Assembly: GCA_965202805.1 (NCBI GenBank)
Contig: OZ241869.1
Span: 3,136,001 to 3,200,000, forward strand
Source of the DNA: Longimicrobiales bacterium
Lineage (GTDB): Bacteria; Gemmatimonadota; Gemmatimonadetes; Longimicrobiales; Gaopeijiaceae
Reading direction: 5' to 3'
DNA: 64,000 bases
Shown here: piece after piece, positions 10,279 to 19,939 of the stretch
Numbering within the stretch: position 1 is the stretch's first letter
Layout of the letters: each line of letters opens with the position of its first letter
Notes under the pieces: generated by a model
The model's input: only the letters and a program-made list of their open reading frames with translations
What the model was told of the DNA's origin: nothing
Databases searched by the model: none
Made by a program: the position numbers and the translations under genes

Positions 10279-10422
10279 ACGTTTGATCGATCACCGCGTC
10301 GAACGCCGTGCTGGTTGACGCTGGTGTCTCGCGGAGGGTACCGATGAGACGAGGATGCGTGAAGCGCCGTTCCCCACCGCAACCCCGTTGCAACAACCTG
10401 AAACCCGAGGAGTGACCTGACC

Positions 10423-11514
10423 ATGCCCGTTCGCGCCGCCGTGATGACCGGGCCCCATGAGCCGATGGTGGTCCGGACGCTCCCCGACCCGGAGATGGAG
10501 CCGGGCGCCGTCCTGCTGGAGACCGTCGCCAGCGAGGTGTGCGGGACCGACGTGCACCTGTGGCACGGGCGGCTCGCCGGGGTGCCCTATCCGATCATCC
10601 CGGGCCACGTGAGCGTGGGCAGGGTGGCGGAGGCGCGCGGGGTGGAGCACGACGCGCTCGGACGGCCGCTGGCGCCCGGCGACGTCGTGACCTTCCTCGA
10701 CGTGCACGAGACCTGCTACCGCTGCTACCACTGCCTGGTGGCGCGCCAGCCCAACCGGTGCTCCGCGCGCAAGGTGTACGGCATCACCTACGCCCTTGCG
10801 GACGGGTTGCTGGGGGGGTGGGCGGAACGCATCTACCTGAAGCCGGGCGTGCGCATCCTCAGGCTGCCGGACAACCTGGCCGCGGACGACGTGATCGGGG
10901 GCGGGTGCGGGCTATTCACCGGCTTCGCGGCGGTGGATCGCGCCGGGGCGCGCATGGGGGATGTGGTGGTGGTGCAGGGGGCCGGTCCGGTGGGGCTGGC
11001 GGCGGCCGCGTTCGCCGGACTCTCCGGCGCGGCGGAGGTCGTGCTCATCGGCGACCCGGATGCCCGCCTGGCGCTGGGGGCGCGCATGGGAGCGGACGTC
11101 ACGCTTTCGTTGTCGGGCACCACCCCGGAGGAGCGCCTCGACGCGGTGATGGCCCGCACGGACGGGCGGGGGGCGGACGTGGTCATCGAGGCCAGCGGCA
11201 ATCCGGCCGCCATCCCCGAGGGGTTCGCGCTTGCACGCGACGGAGGCCGCTACGTCGTGGCCGGGCACTACACCGACGCCGGTTCCGTCGACATCAATCC
11301 CCACACCGACATCAACCGCAAGCACGTTGACGTGCGCGGACAGTGGGGAACCGACTTCCATCACCTGGTGCGGGCCCTGCGGCTGCTGTCCCGGCACCGC
11401 CAGCGCCTGCCCTTCGCCGAGGTGATCGGGGCGCGTTATCCGCTGGAGAGCACGCAGCAGGCGCTCGAGGATGTGGCCGCGCTGCGGGTCACGAAGGCCC
11501 TGGTGGTGCCCTGA
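10423..11514 (+). CDS. Zinc-binding (MDR family) alcohol dehydrogenase
   Basis: CGTDVH, PGH, structural-Zn CYRCYHC...C, GAGPVG NAD-binding motif; SD GAGGAG. Confidence 0.9.
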   Translation: MPVRAAVMTGPHEPMVVRTLPDPEMEPGAVLLETVASEVCGTDVHLWHGRLAGVPYPIIPGHVSVGRVAEARGVEHDALGRPLAPGDVVTFLDVHETCYRCYHCLVARQPNRCSARKVYGITYALADGLLGGWAERIYLKPGVRILRLPDNLAADDVIGGGCGLFTGFAAVDRAGARMGDVVVVQGAGPVGLAAAAFAGLSGAAEVVLIGDPDARLALGARMGADVTLSLSGTTPEERLDAVMARTDGRGADVVIEASGNPAAIPEGFALARDGGRYVVAGHYTDAGSVDINPHTDINRKHVDVRGQWGTDFHHLVRALRLLSRHRQRLPFAEVIGARYPLESTQQALEDVAALRVTKALVVP

Positions 11515-11519
11515 CAGCC

Positions 11520-12236
11520 TCAGATGGCTCGCGCGGATTCGTCCGCGGGCTGCCGGGCCGGCTCCTGGTCGATGAAGATGCAGCGCGCCAGGTCGAAGCC
11601 GATGGCCTGGCTGTCGCCGTCGGGCCCGCCCAGGCGCACCGTCACCGGCCCGTTGAAGGGAGCCCTCTCCTCCACCGCCAGAATCACGCCCGGCAGGAGC
11701 CCCCTGGCCTCCAGATAGCGCAGCCTCTCCGGCTCATCGTCGCGCACCGCCCGGATCCGGATCGGGCCCGTGGCCTCGGAGTCCGCCAGCGTCGGGTAGC
11801 TGGTGGAGTCGATCTCTCCGCCGGAGGTCGGGATGGGCGCGCCGTGCGGATCGTGGCGCGGGTTCTTGAGCGCATCGGCCATGCGCTCGATGAGCTGATC
11901 GGAGGCGGCGTGCTCCAGCCGCTCGGCTTCGTCGTGCACATCTTCCCATGAGTAGCCCAGGCGCACGCTGAGGTAGGTTTCGAGGATGCGGTGGCGACGA
12001 ACGACGCGGAGCGCCTCCCGGCGGCCGCTGGGCGTGAGGCTTACGCCGCGGTAGGGCTCATGCTCGACGACCCCCAGGTCGGCCAGGCGCTTCACCATTC
12101 CGCTGACCGACGCGGGCTGTACGTTGAGGGTGCTGGCGATATCGCTCGTGGTGGCGGTATCGTCGTGCTCCGTGAGGGCGAAGATTGCCTTGAGGTAGTC
12201 CTCGACGGAGGTAGAGAAACGGGAGGAGTGTGCCAT
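11520..12236 (-). CDS. mntR: DtxR/MntR family metal-dependent transcriptional regulator with FeoA-like domain
   Basis: SVEDYLKAI, VRRHRILETYL, EAERLEH, DPHGAPIP. Confidence 0.9.
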   Translation of the reverse strand: MAHSSRFSTSVEDYLKAIFALTEHDDTATTSDIASTLNVQPASVSGMVKRLADLGVVEHEPYRGVSLTPSGRREALRVVRRHRILETYLSVRLGYSWEDVHDEAERLEHAASDQLIERMADALKNPRHDPHGAPIPTSGGEIDSTSYPTLADSEATGPIRIRAVRDDEPERLRYLEARGLLPGVILAVEERAPFNGPVTVRLGGPDGDSQAIGFDLARCIFIDQEPARQPADESARAI

Positions 12237-12374
12237 CGCGGGTTGTTGTTGCGTGAGCGGGGCCACAATCTAACCTGTCCCTTCCCGCGCCGCCGAAGCG
12301 CTTCCCGCGCCCGGGGAGCGGCCGGCCGAGGGGGCCATCCGAAACCAGTCCGACCAACCCGGAGCGATACGTTC

Positions 12375-13022
12375 ATGAGAATCGGATACCGATCGAAGGC
12401 GACTGCGCTGGTGCTGTTCGCGGGATGCCTTGCCACGGCGCTGGCGCCGGAAGGCGCGAGGGCGCAGGGGGGCTACCTGATCTTCCAGGCCGGATACTAC
12501 GTGCCCACCCAGGATCTGGGGGTTCTGAGGGACGCCGGGTTCGAGCAGGCGGTCGAGTTCGGCAAGCGTGAACGGAGCTTCGCGTACTCGCTCGGGCTGG
12601 AACTCGCCGTTTCCGGACCGATCTCGGGGCGCGCGACGCTGGCGTACGCGACGACTGCGGACCTCGGCGTCGAGGGGGGCATGTGTCCGGAGTGCAAGGC
12701 CAGGAACAACCTCCTCAACGCCACCGCGGCCATCGTCTTCCGCCCGCTTCCCAGCGGCGTTCCCGTTCAGCCGTACCTGCTGGGTGGCGGGGGCGTGAAG
12801 CACTACGACCTGACGTCCCTGGACGAATTGCACCGGTCGCCCCTGCACGATCAGACCCGCAGGACCATGCTGCTCGGCGGGGGCATCGAGGTGAGAATGG
12901 GCCCGCTGCGCATCGTGACCGAACTCTCCGACTACATCAGCCCGATCTTCAGCGACAACGACATGGAGACCACGCAGCACGATCTGTTCCTGACGGCGGG
13001 GCTCATGCTGGGGAGCGGCTGA
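12375..13022 (+). CDS. Putative outer-membrane beta-barrel protein
   Basis: Signal peptide (GARA-Q), alternating beta strands, QPYLLGGGG, terminal LFLTAGLMLG. Confidence 0.7.
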   Translation: MRIGYRSKATALVLFAGCLATALAPEGARAQGGYLIFQAGYYVPTQDLGVLRDAGFEQAVEFGKRERSFAYSLGLELAVSGPISGRATLAYATTADLGVEGGMCPECKARNNLLNATAAIVFRPLPSGVPVQPYLLGGGGVKHYDLTSLDELHRSPLHDQTRRTMLLGGGIEVRMGPLRIVTELSDYISPIFSDNDMETTQHDLFLTAGLMLGSG

Positions 13023-13045
13023 GGCGGCTGAGGCGGCGCCGAGCT

Positions 13046-13074
13046 TGGCGAAAACGGCGGGGAAACATATCTTT
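13046..13074 (+). promoter_or_regulatory. Putative sigma70-type promoter for the 13152 gene
   Basis: TTGGCG-17 bp-TATCTT in an AT-richer intergenic stretch. Confidence 0.4.
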
Positions 13075-13151
13075 ATCATTCTGTGCCGTTGTGTTGGGGC
13101 ACGGTGTTTCGGTCAGCCGATTTCGAAGTCCTGGACGAGTTGGAGGTGAGC

Positions 13152-13370
13152 GTGCCTGAATCCGCGCCCCATGAGAAGATGATCGATTCCGTAGCTGTGG
13201 ACGCCAAGCGCATCCTGCTTCGGTATGGGACGCCCATCGCGATCCTGGACCGCGTCTCGGAAGTAGACCGGATCGCGCTCGCTCGCCAGGTCAGCCGCAC
13301 GCGCCTGCCTGACCGCGAGCCGCGGCTCAGAGCGCTGCTGGAAGAGCACGGGTACCTCCAGGTGGACTGA
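13152..13370 (+). CDS. Small hypothetical helical protein
   Basis: SD GGAGGTG before GTG at 13152; 72-aa globular-looking sequence. Confidence 0.65.
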   Translation: MPESAPHEKMIDSVAVDAKRILLRYGTPIAILDRVSEVDRIALARQVSRTRLPDREPRLRALLEEHGYLQVD

Positions 13371-13438
13371 GTTATCAGGGGGCGCGGGATCTGCGGATCG
13401 AAGGGTCCGCGCCGCGTTTGCGCGGGACGGGAGGTTTC

Positions 13439-15145
13439 ATGAGGGCATCGCACTCCTCTCGCTGTCTTGCCCTTTCGCTGGTTCTGCTGTGGGGATGTGG
13501 CGGGACTGCGCCGACGCGCGTCGAGCCCACCACCGACCAGGTGGCGCAGTCGAGCCGGGGCATGGTGGTCGCGGCCCAGCCGCTGGCGACGGCGGCGGGC
13601 GTCGAAATGCTCGAGCGGGGCGGCAACGCGGCCGATGCCGCGGTGGCCGCGGCGTTCGCCGTATCGGTGGTGGAGCCGAGCATGAACTCGATCGGCGGGC
13701 GCACCCAGATCCTGGTGCGAACCGCGGACGGGGTCTTCCACGGCATCGACGCCACCACCCAGGCCCCGGACACCTACGACCCCGACACGGCCCCTCAGGC
13801 CGGGTACGGGTATCCCACCGTCGGATTGCCGGGCGCCGTCGCGGGGCTTACCAGGCTCCTTCAGGAGCACGGCACGCTTCCGCTGGCCACCGTGATGGAG
13901 CCGGCCATCCGGTACGCGTCCGAAGGCTTCGCGCTCCTGCCCGGCGAAGCCGCCCGCCAGGCGTCGACCGCGGAGCAACTGCGGGAATCCGAGGGCGCGA
14001 CCCTCTACTACATCGAGCCGGACGGATCGCCGTACGACGCGGGCGACCATTTCGTGCAGAACGATCTGGCGATGGTGCTGCGCCGCATCGCTTCCGGAGG
14101 CGCCGACGCCTTCTACCGGGGCGAGATCGCGCAAGCCATGGCCGATGACATCGTGGGCGCGGGCGGGCACGTCACGGCCGCCGCGCTCGCCGGCTACCGC
14201 GCCGAGGATGCCCGGGTAGTGCGGGGCAGCTACCGCGGCCACGAACTGGTGGGGACGTTCACCCCCGCGGCCGGGGCCATGACCATCGGCATCCTGCAGA
14301 TCATCGAGAACTTCGACATGGCGGGGGCCGACGAGACGACGTGGGCCTCGGTGGTGGGACAGGCGCTCGCGCTCGGCTTCGAGGGGGCCCGAACCCATCG
14401 CGGACCGGACGCCTGGCAGCTGCTCACGTCGCGGGAATGGGCGAGCGAGCAGGCCGAGCGCGTGCGGCTGCCGGTGGCGGCGGCGGCCATGGGGCCCGAG
14501 CCCGCAGCCGTGCCCCGGGGCTCCCCGGAGCCCGCGGCTGCCTACCTCGCCGGCCCCGACGACGAAGGGCACACCACGCACCTCTCGACCGCGGATGCCG
14601 ACGGCATGGCGGTCGCGCTCACCCAGACCATCGGGCCGGCGATGGGATCGAAGATCGCCACCCCGGGGCTGGGCTTCCTCTACGCGGCGACCCTGGGAGG
14701 GTATCTGGGCCGCCTCGAGCCGGGCGAGCGCGCCCGCTCCAACATCTCCCCGTTCATGGTCATGGACGGCGGCGATCCCATGCTGGTGCTTGGGGCGGCG
14801 GGGGGCGCACGCATCGTCTCGGCGGTCGTGCAGGCGGTGTGCCGGGTCGTCGATCAGGGGCTCTCGCTTCCCGAGGCATTGGCCGCCGCGCGCCTTCATC
14901 CGATGCAGGGATCACTGAACTCTCCGGGTTCCGAGAGCGGATTCCAGATGGAGACCTCTCCGGAGATCGGCTGGTCGGCGGATGTCCTCGCGGAGCTGCG
15001 CCAGTTGGGCTTCGCAGTGCAGGAGGTGCCGCGCGCCGGCGCGTTCGGTCGCATCCACGGGATGTCGTGGGACGCCGCGACCTCCTCCTGGACGGGCGCC
15101 GCGGACCCGGACTGGGAGGGGAGCGCCGCGGCGCCTCGCAACTGA
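13439..15145 (+). CDS. ggt: Gamma-glutamyltransferase-family Ntn hydrolase (probable lipoprotein)
   Basis: GGNAADAAVAAAFA...VVEP, FYRGEIA, GH|TTHLS autocleavage Thr, GAAGG, GAADP; lipobox LWGC. Confidence 0.85.
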   Translation: MRASHSSRCLALSLVLLWGCGGTAPTRVEPTTDQVAQSSRGMVVAAQPLATAAGVEMLERGGNAADAAVAAAFAVSVVEPSMNSIGGRTQILVRTADGVFHGIDATTQAPDTYDPDTAPQAGYGYPTVGLPGAVAGLTRLLQEHGTLPLATVMEPAIRYASEGFALLPGEAARQASTAEQLRESEGATLYYIEPDGSPYDAGDHFVQNDLAMVLRRIASGGADAFYRGEIAQAMADDIVGAGGHVTAAALAGYRAEDARVVRGSYRGHELVGTFTPAAGAMTIGILQIIENFDMAGADETTWASVVGQALALGFEGARTHRGPDAWQLLTSREWASEQAERVRLPVAAAAMGPEPAAVPRGSPEPAAAYLAGPDDEGHTTHLSTADADGMAVALTQTIGPAMGSKIATPGLGFLYAATLGGYLGRLEPGERARSNISPFMVMDGGDPMLVLGAAGGARIVSAVVQAVCRVVDQGLSLPEALAAARLHPMQGSLNSPGSESGFQMETSPEIGWSADVLAELRQLGFAVQEVPRAGAFGRIHGMSWDAATSSWTGAADPDWEGSAAAPRN

Positions 15146-15262
15146 CCGGGGCAGAAACCAGCGGGTCGTTCGCCCACGGTCACTCGCAACGAGGCCGCGT
15201 GCCCCGCTGGCCGCCTGAATGCCGTGGACGCGCAACCGGCGGCGTCCCGCGAACGCTGACCG

Positions 15263-16879
15263 ATGACAAGGAATCCGGAGATGGCAACTGCTCTCGACGC
15301 CCCGCCCCGCCGCGTGCCGGGCCTGCTCGTCATGCTGGCCGCGAGCGCCTGCTCGCCCGGCGGCGTCCCGGAGTTCGATGTCATCCTGCGCGGGGGCACC
15401 CTGCTGGATGGCGGCGGATCGCCCGGGATGGTGGCCGATGTCGCTCTTTCCGGCGACCGCATCGCGGCGATGGGCGACCTGTCGGCCGCAGGCGCCCGCG
15501 AGGTGCTGGACGTCACCGGGCTCCACGTCGCTCCGGGCTTCATCGACGCGCACTCGCACGCGGGTTCCGGGCTGGACACGGAGGACCGCAGCCACGCCGA
15601 ACCCCTGCTGGCGCAGGGAATCACGACGGTGGTGGTGAACCCCGATGGCGGAGGCCTGGTGGACCTGGCCCTGCAACGGGCCGTGCTGCTCGAAGACGGG
15701 CTCGGGGTCAACGTGGCACAGCTGGTGCCCCACGGATCGGTGCGCAGGGCGGTGCTGGGGATGGAGGATCGACTGCCGGGCCACGACGAACTGGAGGAGA
15801 TGAAGGCGCTGGTGCGGGCCGGCATGGAGGAAGGGGCCTTCGGCATGTCGTCCGGGCCCTTCTACGCCCCCGGAAGCTACTCGGACACCGATGAGCTGAC
15901 GGCCCTCGCCAGGGTCGCGGCAGAGTTCGGCGGGGTCTACACCAGCCACATCCGCGACGAGTCGGACTACACCATTGGCCTGGTCGCGGCGGTGCAGGAG
16001 GTGATCACGGTGGCGCGCGCGGCGGGACTGCCGGGGGTGGTCACGCACATCAAGGCGCTTGGGCCGCCGGCGTGGGGCAAGTCGGCGGAGGTGATCGCCG
16101 CCATCGAGGCAGCCAGGGCGGAGGGTGTCGAAGTGTACGCGGACCAGTACCCGTACGAGGCCTCTTCGACCGGGCTCTCCGCGGCGCTTCTGCCGCGCTG
16201 GGCGCAGGCGGGGGGAGGGGACTCGCTGATGGCTCGCCTCGCCCATCCCGCGACCCGGACGCGCATCCGCGAGGACATGCAAGCCAATCTCGCGCGCCGC
16301 GGAGGAGCCGACCGCCTCCAGTTCCGCCGCTTCCGCCCCGACCCCTCCATCGAAGGCCGCACCCTCGAGGACGTGGCCGCCGCCCGCTCCCTCCATCCCC
16401 TGGACGCGGCGCTGGAGTTGATCGCCGGGGGAGATGCCTCGGTGGTCTCCTTCAATATGACCGACGACGACATCGCCGCCTTCATGATCCAACCCTGGAC
16501 GATGACGGCGTCCGACGGCGCGCTGCCGGAGTGGCAGGTGGGCGTGCCGCACCCGCGCGCCTACGGCACCTTCCCGCGCAAGCTGCGCAAGTACGTGCTG
16601 GAGGAGAAGACGCAGAGCCTCGGGGCAGCGGTCCGCAGCATGACCTCTCTTCCGGCAGACGTTTTTGGTGTCGAGGGTCGCGGGAAGCTCGTTCCCGGGG
16701 CGGTCGCGGACGTCGTGGTGTTCGATCTGGAGGAGGTCCGGGATCTCGCCACCTACACGGACCCGCACCAATTGTCGGAGGGTATGGTGCACGTTTTCGT
16801 AAACGGCGCGGCGGCGATCCGTGACGGCGCCTTCACCGGCGAGCGCGCGGGACGCGTACTCCGGCGAGAGAGTCGCTAG
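15263..16879 (+). CDS. N-acyl-D-amino-acid deacylase (amidohydrolase)
   Basis: [44 protein letters not shown]. Confidence 0.88.
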   Translation: MTRNPEMATALDAPPRRVPGLLVMLAASACSPGGVPEFDVILRGGTLLDGGGSPGMVADVALSGDRIAAMGDLSAAGAREVLDVTGLHVAPGFIDAHSHAGSGLDTEDRSHAEPLLAQGITTVVVNPDGGGLVDLALQRAVLLEDGLGVNVAQLVPHGSVRRAVLGMEDRLPGHDELEEMKALVRAGMEEGAFGMSSGPFYAPGSYSDTDELTALARVAAEFGGVYTSHIRDESDYTIGLVAAVQEVITVARAAGLPGVVTHIKALGPPAWGKSAEVIAAIEAARAEGVEVYADQYPYEASSTGLSAALLPRWAQAGGGDSLMARLAHPATRTRIREDMQANLARRGGADRLQFRRFRPDPSIEGRTLEDVAAARSLHPLDAALELIAGGDASVVSFNMTDDDIAAFMIQPWTMTASDGALPEWQVGVPHPRAYGTFPRKLRKYVLEEKTQSLGAAVRSMTSLPADVFGVEGRGKLVPGAVADVVVFDLEEVRDLATYTDPHQLSEGMVHVFVNGAAAIRDGAFTGERAGRVLRRESR

Positions 16880-16941
16880 ACGGCTCGCCGAGCCTCGCGC
16901 ATCCGTCTCCCAGACGATCCTCCGGCAGGACGACACCCGGC

Positions 16942-18771
16942 ATGAAGGTCCGCAACGTCGCCATCATCGCCCATGTCGACCATGGGAAGACCACTCTCGT
17001 GGACCAGATGCTGCGCCAGGCGGGGGTGTTCCGCGAAAACCAGGAAGTGCGCGAGCGGGTGATGGACTCCAATCCGCTGGAGCGGGAGCGGGGCATCACG
17101 ATCCTGTCCAAGAACACCTCGGTGCGCTGGGGCGAGTTCAAGATCAACATCGTGGACACCCCCGGGCACGCCGACTTCGGAGGCGAGGTCGAGCGCATCC
17201 TGCGCATGGTGGACGGGGTGCTGATCCTGGTCGACGCCGCCGAGGGGCCGATGCCCCAGACCCGGTTCGTGACCGGCAAGGCTCTCGAACTGGGACACGC
17301 TCCGGTGGTGGTCATCAACAAGGCCGAGCGACCGGACGCGCGCGCCGAAGAGGTGCACGACGAGGTGCTGGAGCTGTTCATGGATCTCGAGGCCTCCGAC
17401 GAGCAGCTGGACGCGCCCTTCCTGTATGCCTCCGGCCGGGAGGGATGGGCCACGCCGAGCGCCGGCGAGCGGGGTGCCGACCTCGCGCCGCTGTTCGCGG
17501 CCGTCGTGGATCACGTGCCCGCGCCCCCCGCGGAACCGGCAGGGCCGTTCCAGATGCTCGTGTCGACGCTGGACTACTCTTCCTACGTGGGACGCATCGC
17601 GATCGGCCGCATCGAGCGCGGGTGCATCCGGCCCGGCCAGGAGGTGGCCGTGCTGCCCCTGGGCGCGGCGGGAATGGTCGAGGAGGATGACGTGGCCCGC
17701 TCGCGCGCGCTCAAGGTGTACGGGTTCGACGGGCTGGAGCGCGTGGACATCGCGGAAGCCGGCGCGGGAGACATCGTGGCGGTGGCGGGCGTCTCCGGCG
17801 TGGAGATCGGCAGGACCCTGGCCGATCCGGCGCGTCTCGAACGCCTGAAGGGCATCGCGGTGGAGCGGCCCACGATTTCGGTCGACTTCCTCGTCAACGA
17901 CTCGCCTTTTTCGGGCAAAGGGAAGTACGTGACCACGCGCCAGCTCCGCGAGCGGCTCTTCCGGGAGATGGAGCGCAACGTGGCGCTGAAGGTGGAGGCG
18001 ACCGAACATCCGGATACCTTCCGGGTCGCGGGGCGGGGCGAGCTGCACCTGTCCATCCTCATGGAGACCATGCGCCGCGAGGGCTACGAGTTCCAGGTCT
18101 CCCGTCCGCGAGTGCTCATGCGCGAAGGTCCCGCCGGCGAGCCTCTGGAGCCTTACGAGGAGCTGGTGGCGGAGGTGCCCGAATCCCGCGTGGGCACGGT
18201 TATCGAGAAGCTGGGCGCGCGACGGGGCGAGATGCTGGAGATGAGACCGACGGGCCGGGGGCCGATCCGGCTGCGCTTCCGGATTCCGGCGCGCGGCCTG
18301 TTCGGCTATCGGACCGAGTTTCTCACCGACACCCGCGGGGACGGGCTGATGCACCATCGCTTCCTGGAGTACGGGCGGTGGGCGGGCGTGCTGCCCGGAC
18401 GGGAGCGCGGCGCGGTGGTGGCCGACCGCCGGGGCGTCGCGGTGGCGTACGCCATCTTCGGCCTGCAGGAGCGCGCCACCTTCTTCCTGGGACCCGGAGC
18501 CCCGGTCTATGAAGGCATGGTCGTGGGCGTGCACGTCCGCGTGGGCGACCTGGACGTCAACATGTGCAAGGGCAAGAAGCTCACCAACATCCGGGCGGCG
18601 GCGGCGGACGACAACATCCGCCTGGAGCCACCCCGCGCCATCACGCTGGAATCCGCTCTGGAGTTCATCGCGGACGACGAGCTCATCGAGGTCACTCCTG
18701 AAGCGATCCGTCTGCGCAAGCGAATCCTCGAAGCCGGTGCCCGACGCAAGGCGGCGCGCCGCAGAAGATGA
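16942..18771 (+). CDS. typA: Translational GTPase TypA/BipA
   Basis: [61 protein letters not shown]. Confidence 0.97.
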   Translation: MKVRNVAIIAHVDHGKTTLVDQMLRQAGVFRENQEVRERVMDSNPLERERGITILSKNTSVRWGEFKINIVDTPGHADFGGEVERILRMVDGVLILVDAAEGPMPQTRFVTGKALELGHAPVVVINKAERPDARAEEVHDEVLELFMDLEASDEQLDAPFLYASGREGWATPSAGERGADLAPLFAAVVDHVPAPPAEPAGPFQMLVSTLDYSSYVGRIAIGRIERGCIRPGQEVAVLPLGAAGMVEEDDVARSRALKVYGFDGLERVDIAEAGAGDIVAVAGVSGVEIGRTLADPARLERLKGIAVERPTISVDFLVNDSPFSGKGKYVTTRQLRERLFREMERNVALKVEATEHPDTFRVAGRGELHLSILMETMRREGYEFQVSRPRVLMREGPAGEPLEPYEELVAEVPESRVGTVIEKLGARRGEMLEMRPTGRGPIRLRFRIPARGLFGYRTEFLTDTRGDGLMHHRFLEYGRWAGVLPGRERGAVVADRRGVAVAYAIFGLQERATFFLGPGAPVYEGMVVGVHVRVGDLDVNMCKGKKLTNIRAAAADDNIRLEPPRAITLESALEFIADDELIEVTPEAIRLRKRILEAGARRKAARRRR

Positions 18772-18775
18772 GACC

Positions 18776-19939
18776 ATGACCGACAGTTCGACGGCGTGCG
18801 GCGGACCGGCCCGGGACCGCGGGTTCGGCCGCTTCTTTCTGCCCGGTCCCACCGAGGTGCGGCCGGCGGTGCTGGCCGCCCAGAAGCAGGCTCTGATCGG
18901 GCATCGCGGCGAACCCGTCAACGCGCTCATGAGGGAGGTTCAGCCCGGCCTGCGCGAGGTGTTCGGCACCGCGCGGCCCGTTCTGGTGTCTACGTCCTCC
19001 GCGACCGGCCTCATGGAGGCGGCTGTGCGCAACGGCGCGCGGGAGCGAGTGTTGTCGCTGGTGAACGGGGCGTTCTCCGAGCGCTTCGCCCGCATCGCGC
19101 GCTCATGCGGGTTCGAGGTGGATGTGCTGGAGGTGCCCTGGGGCGGCGTGCACGATCCGGACTCGCTCCGGGCCCGCCTGCGCGAGAGACGCTACGACGC
19201 CGTCACCATGGTGCACTCCGAGACCTCCACGGGAGCCCTCAACCCGATCGCCGGGCTGGCGGCGACGGTGCGGGAGTTCCCGGACACGCTTGTGCTGGTC
19301 GATGCCGTCACCAGCGCGGGAGGCGCCCCGGTGCGGGCCGACGACTGGAGCCTCGATTTCGTCCTCTGCGGTTCCCAGAAGGCGATGGCGCTGCCCCCGG
19401 GGCTGGCGTTCGGCGTCGCCTCCGAGCGCATGATGGAGCGGTCCGCCAGCGCGGCGCGCAAGGGGGTCTACTTCGACCTGGTCGCGTTCTACGACGCGCT
19501 GGCGAAGGAGCAGACGCCGAACACGCCTGCGGTGACGTTGCTGTACTCACTGGCGGAGCAGCTGCGCCACATCTCCGCGGAGAGCCTGGAGGGACGCTGG
19601 ACGCGCCACGCGGCCATGGCGCTCAGGTGCGCGGAGTGGGCGGACGCGGCGAGGGAGAGCGTCGGCCCGGAGCTGTCGGTGCTCGCGCCGGAGGGCTTCC
19701 GCTCGCCCACTGTGACCTGCCTGCTGCTGCCGCCGGGGCTGACGGGCCCGGAGGTCGCTCAGGCGATGAAGGAGCGGGGGTTCGTGATCGGAGCGGGATA
19801 CGGCAGACTCAAACCACGGTCGGTGCGCATCGGCCACATGGGAGACCACACCGTGGAGGAACTGGAACGGGTGCTGGAAGCGCTGGAGGAGGTCTTGCGG
19901 GCATCCCCGGGACAGGGGGTCGCGGGGGGGAGGCGATGA
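18776..19939 (+). CDS. Class V aminotransferase (alanine-glyoxylate/serine-pyruvate type; possible SerC substitute)
   Basis: LPGPT, HSETSTG, VDAVTS, GSQKAMALPPGL, RIGHMG; coupled to serA. Confidence 0.88.
   Translation: MTDSSTACGGPARDRGFGRFFLPGPTEVRPAVLAAQKQALIGHRGEPVNALMREVQPGLREVFGTARPVLVSTSSATGLMEAAVRNGARERVLSLVNGAFSERFARIARSCGFEVDVLEVPWGGVHDPDSLRARLRERRYDAVTMVHSETSTGALNPIAGLAATVREFPDTLVLVDAVTSAGGAPVRADDWSLDFVLCGSQKAMALPPGLAFGVASERMMERSASAARKGVYFDLVAFYDALAKEQTPNTPAVTLLYSLAEQLRHISAESLEGRWTRHAAMALRCAEWADAARESVGPELSVLAPEGFRSPTVTCLLLPPGLTGPEVAQAMKERGFVIGAGYGRLKPRSVRIGHMGDHTVEELERVLEALEEVLRASPGQGVAGGRR

Noticed and set aside
12262..12280. DtxR/MntR box upstream of mntR
   Set aside because: Only a half-site-like AGGTTAG is present without the dyad partner; better explained as the TAGATT -10 element
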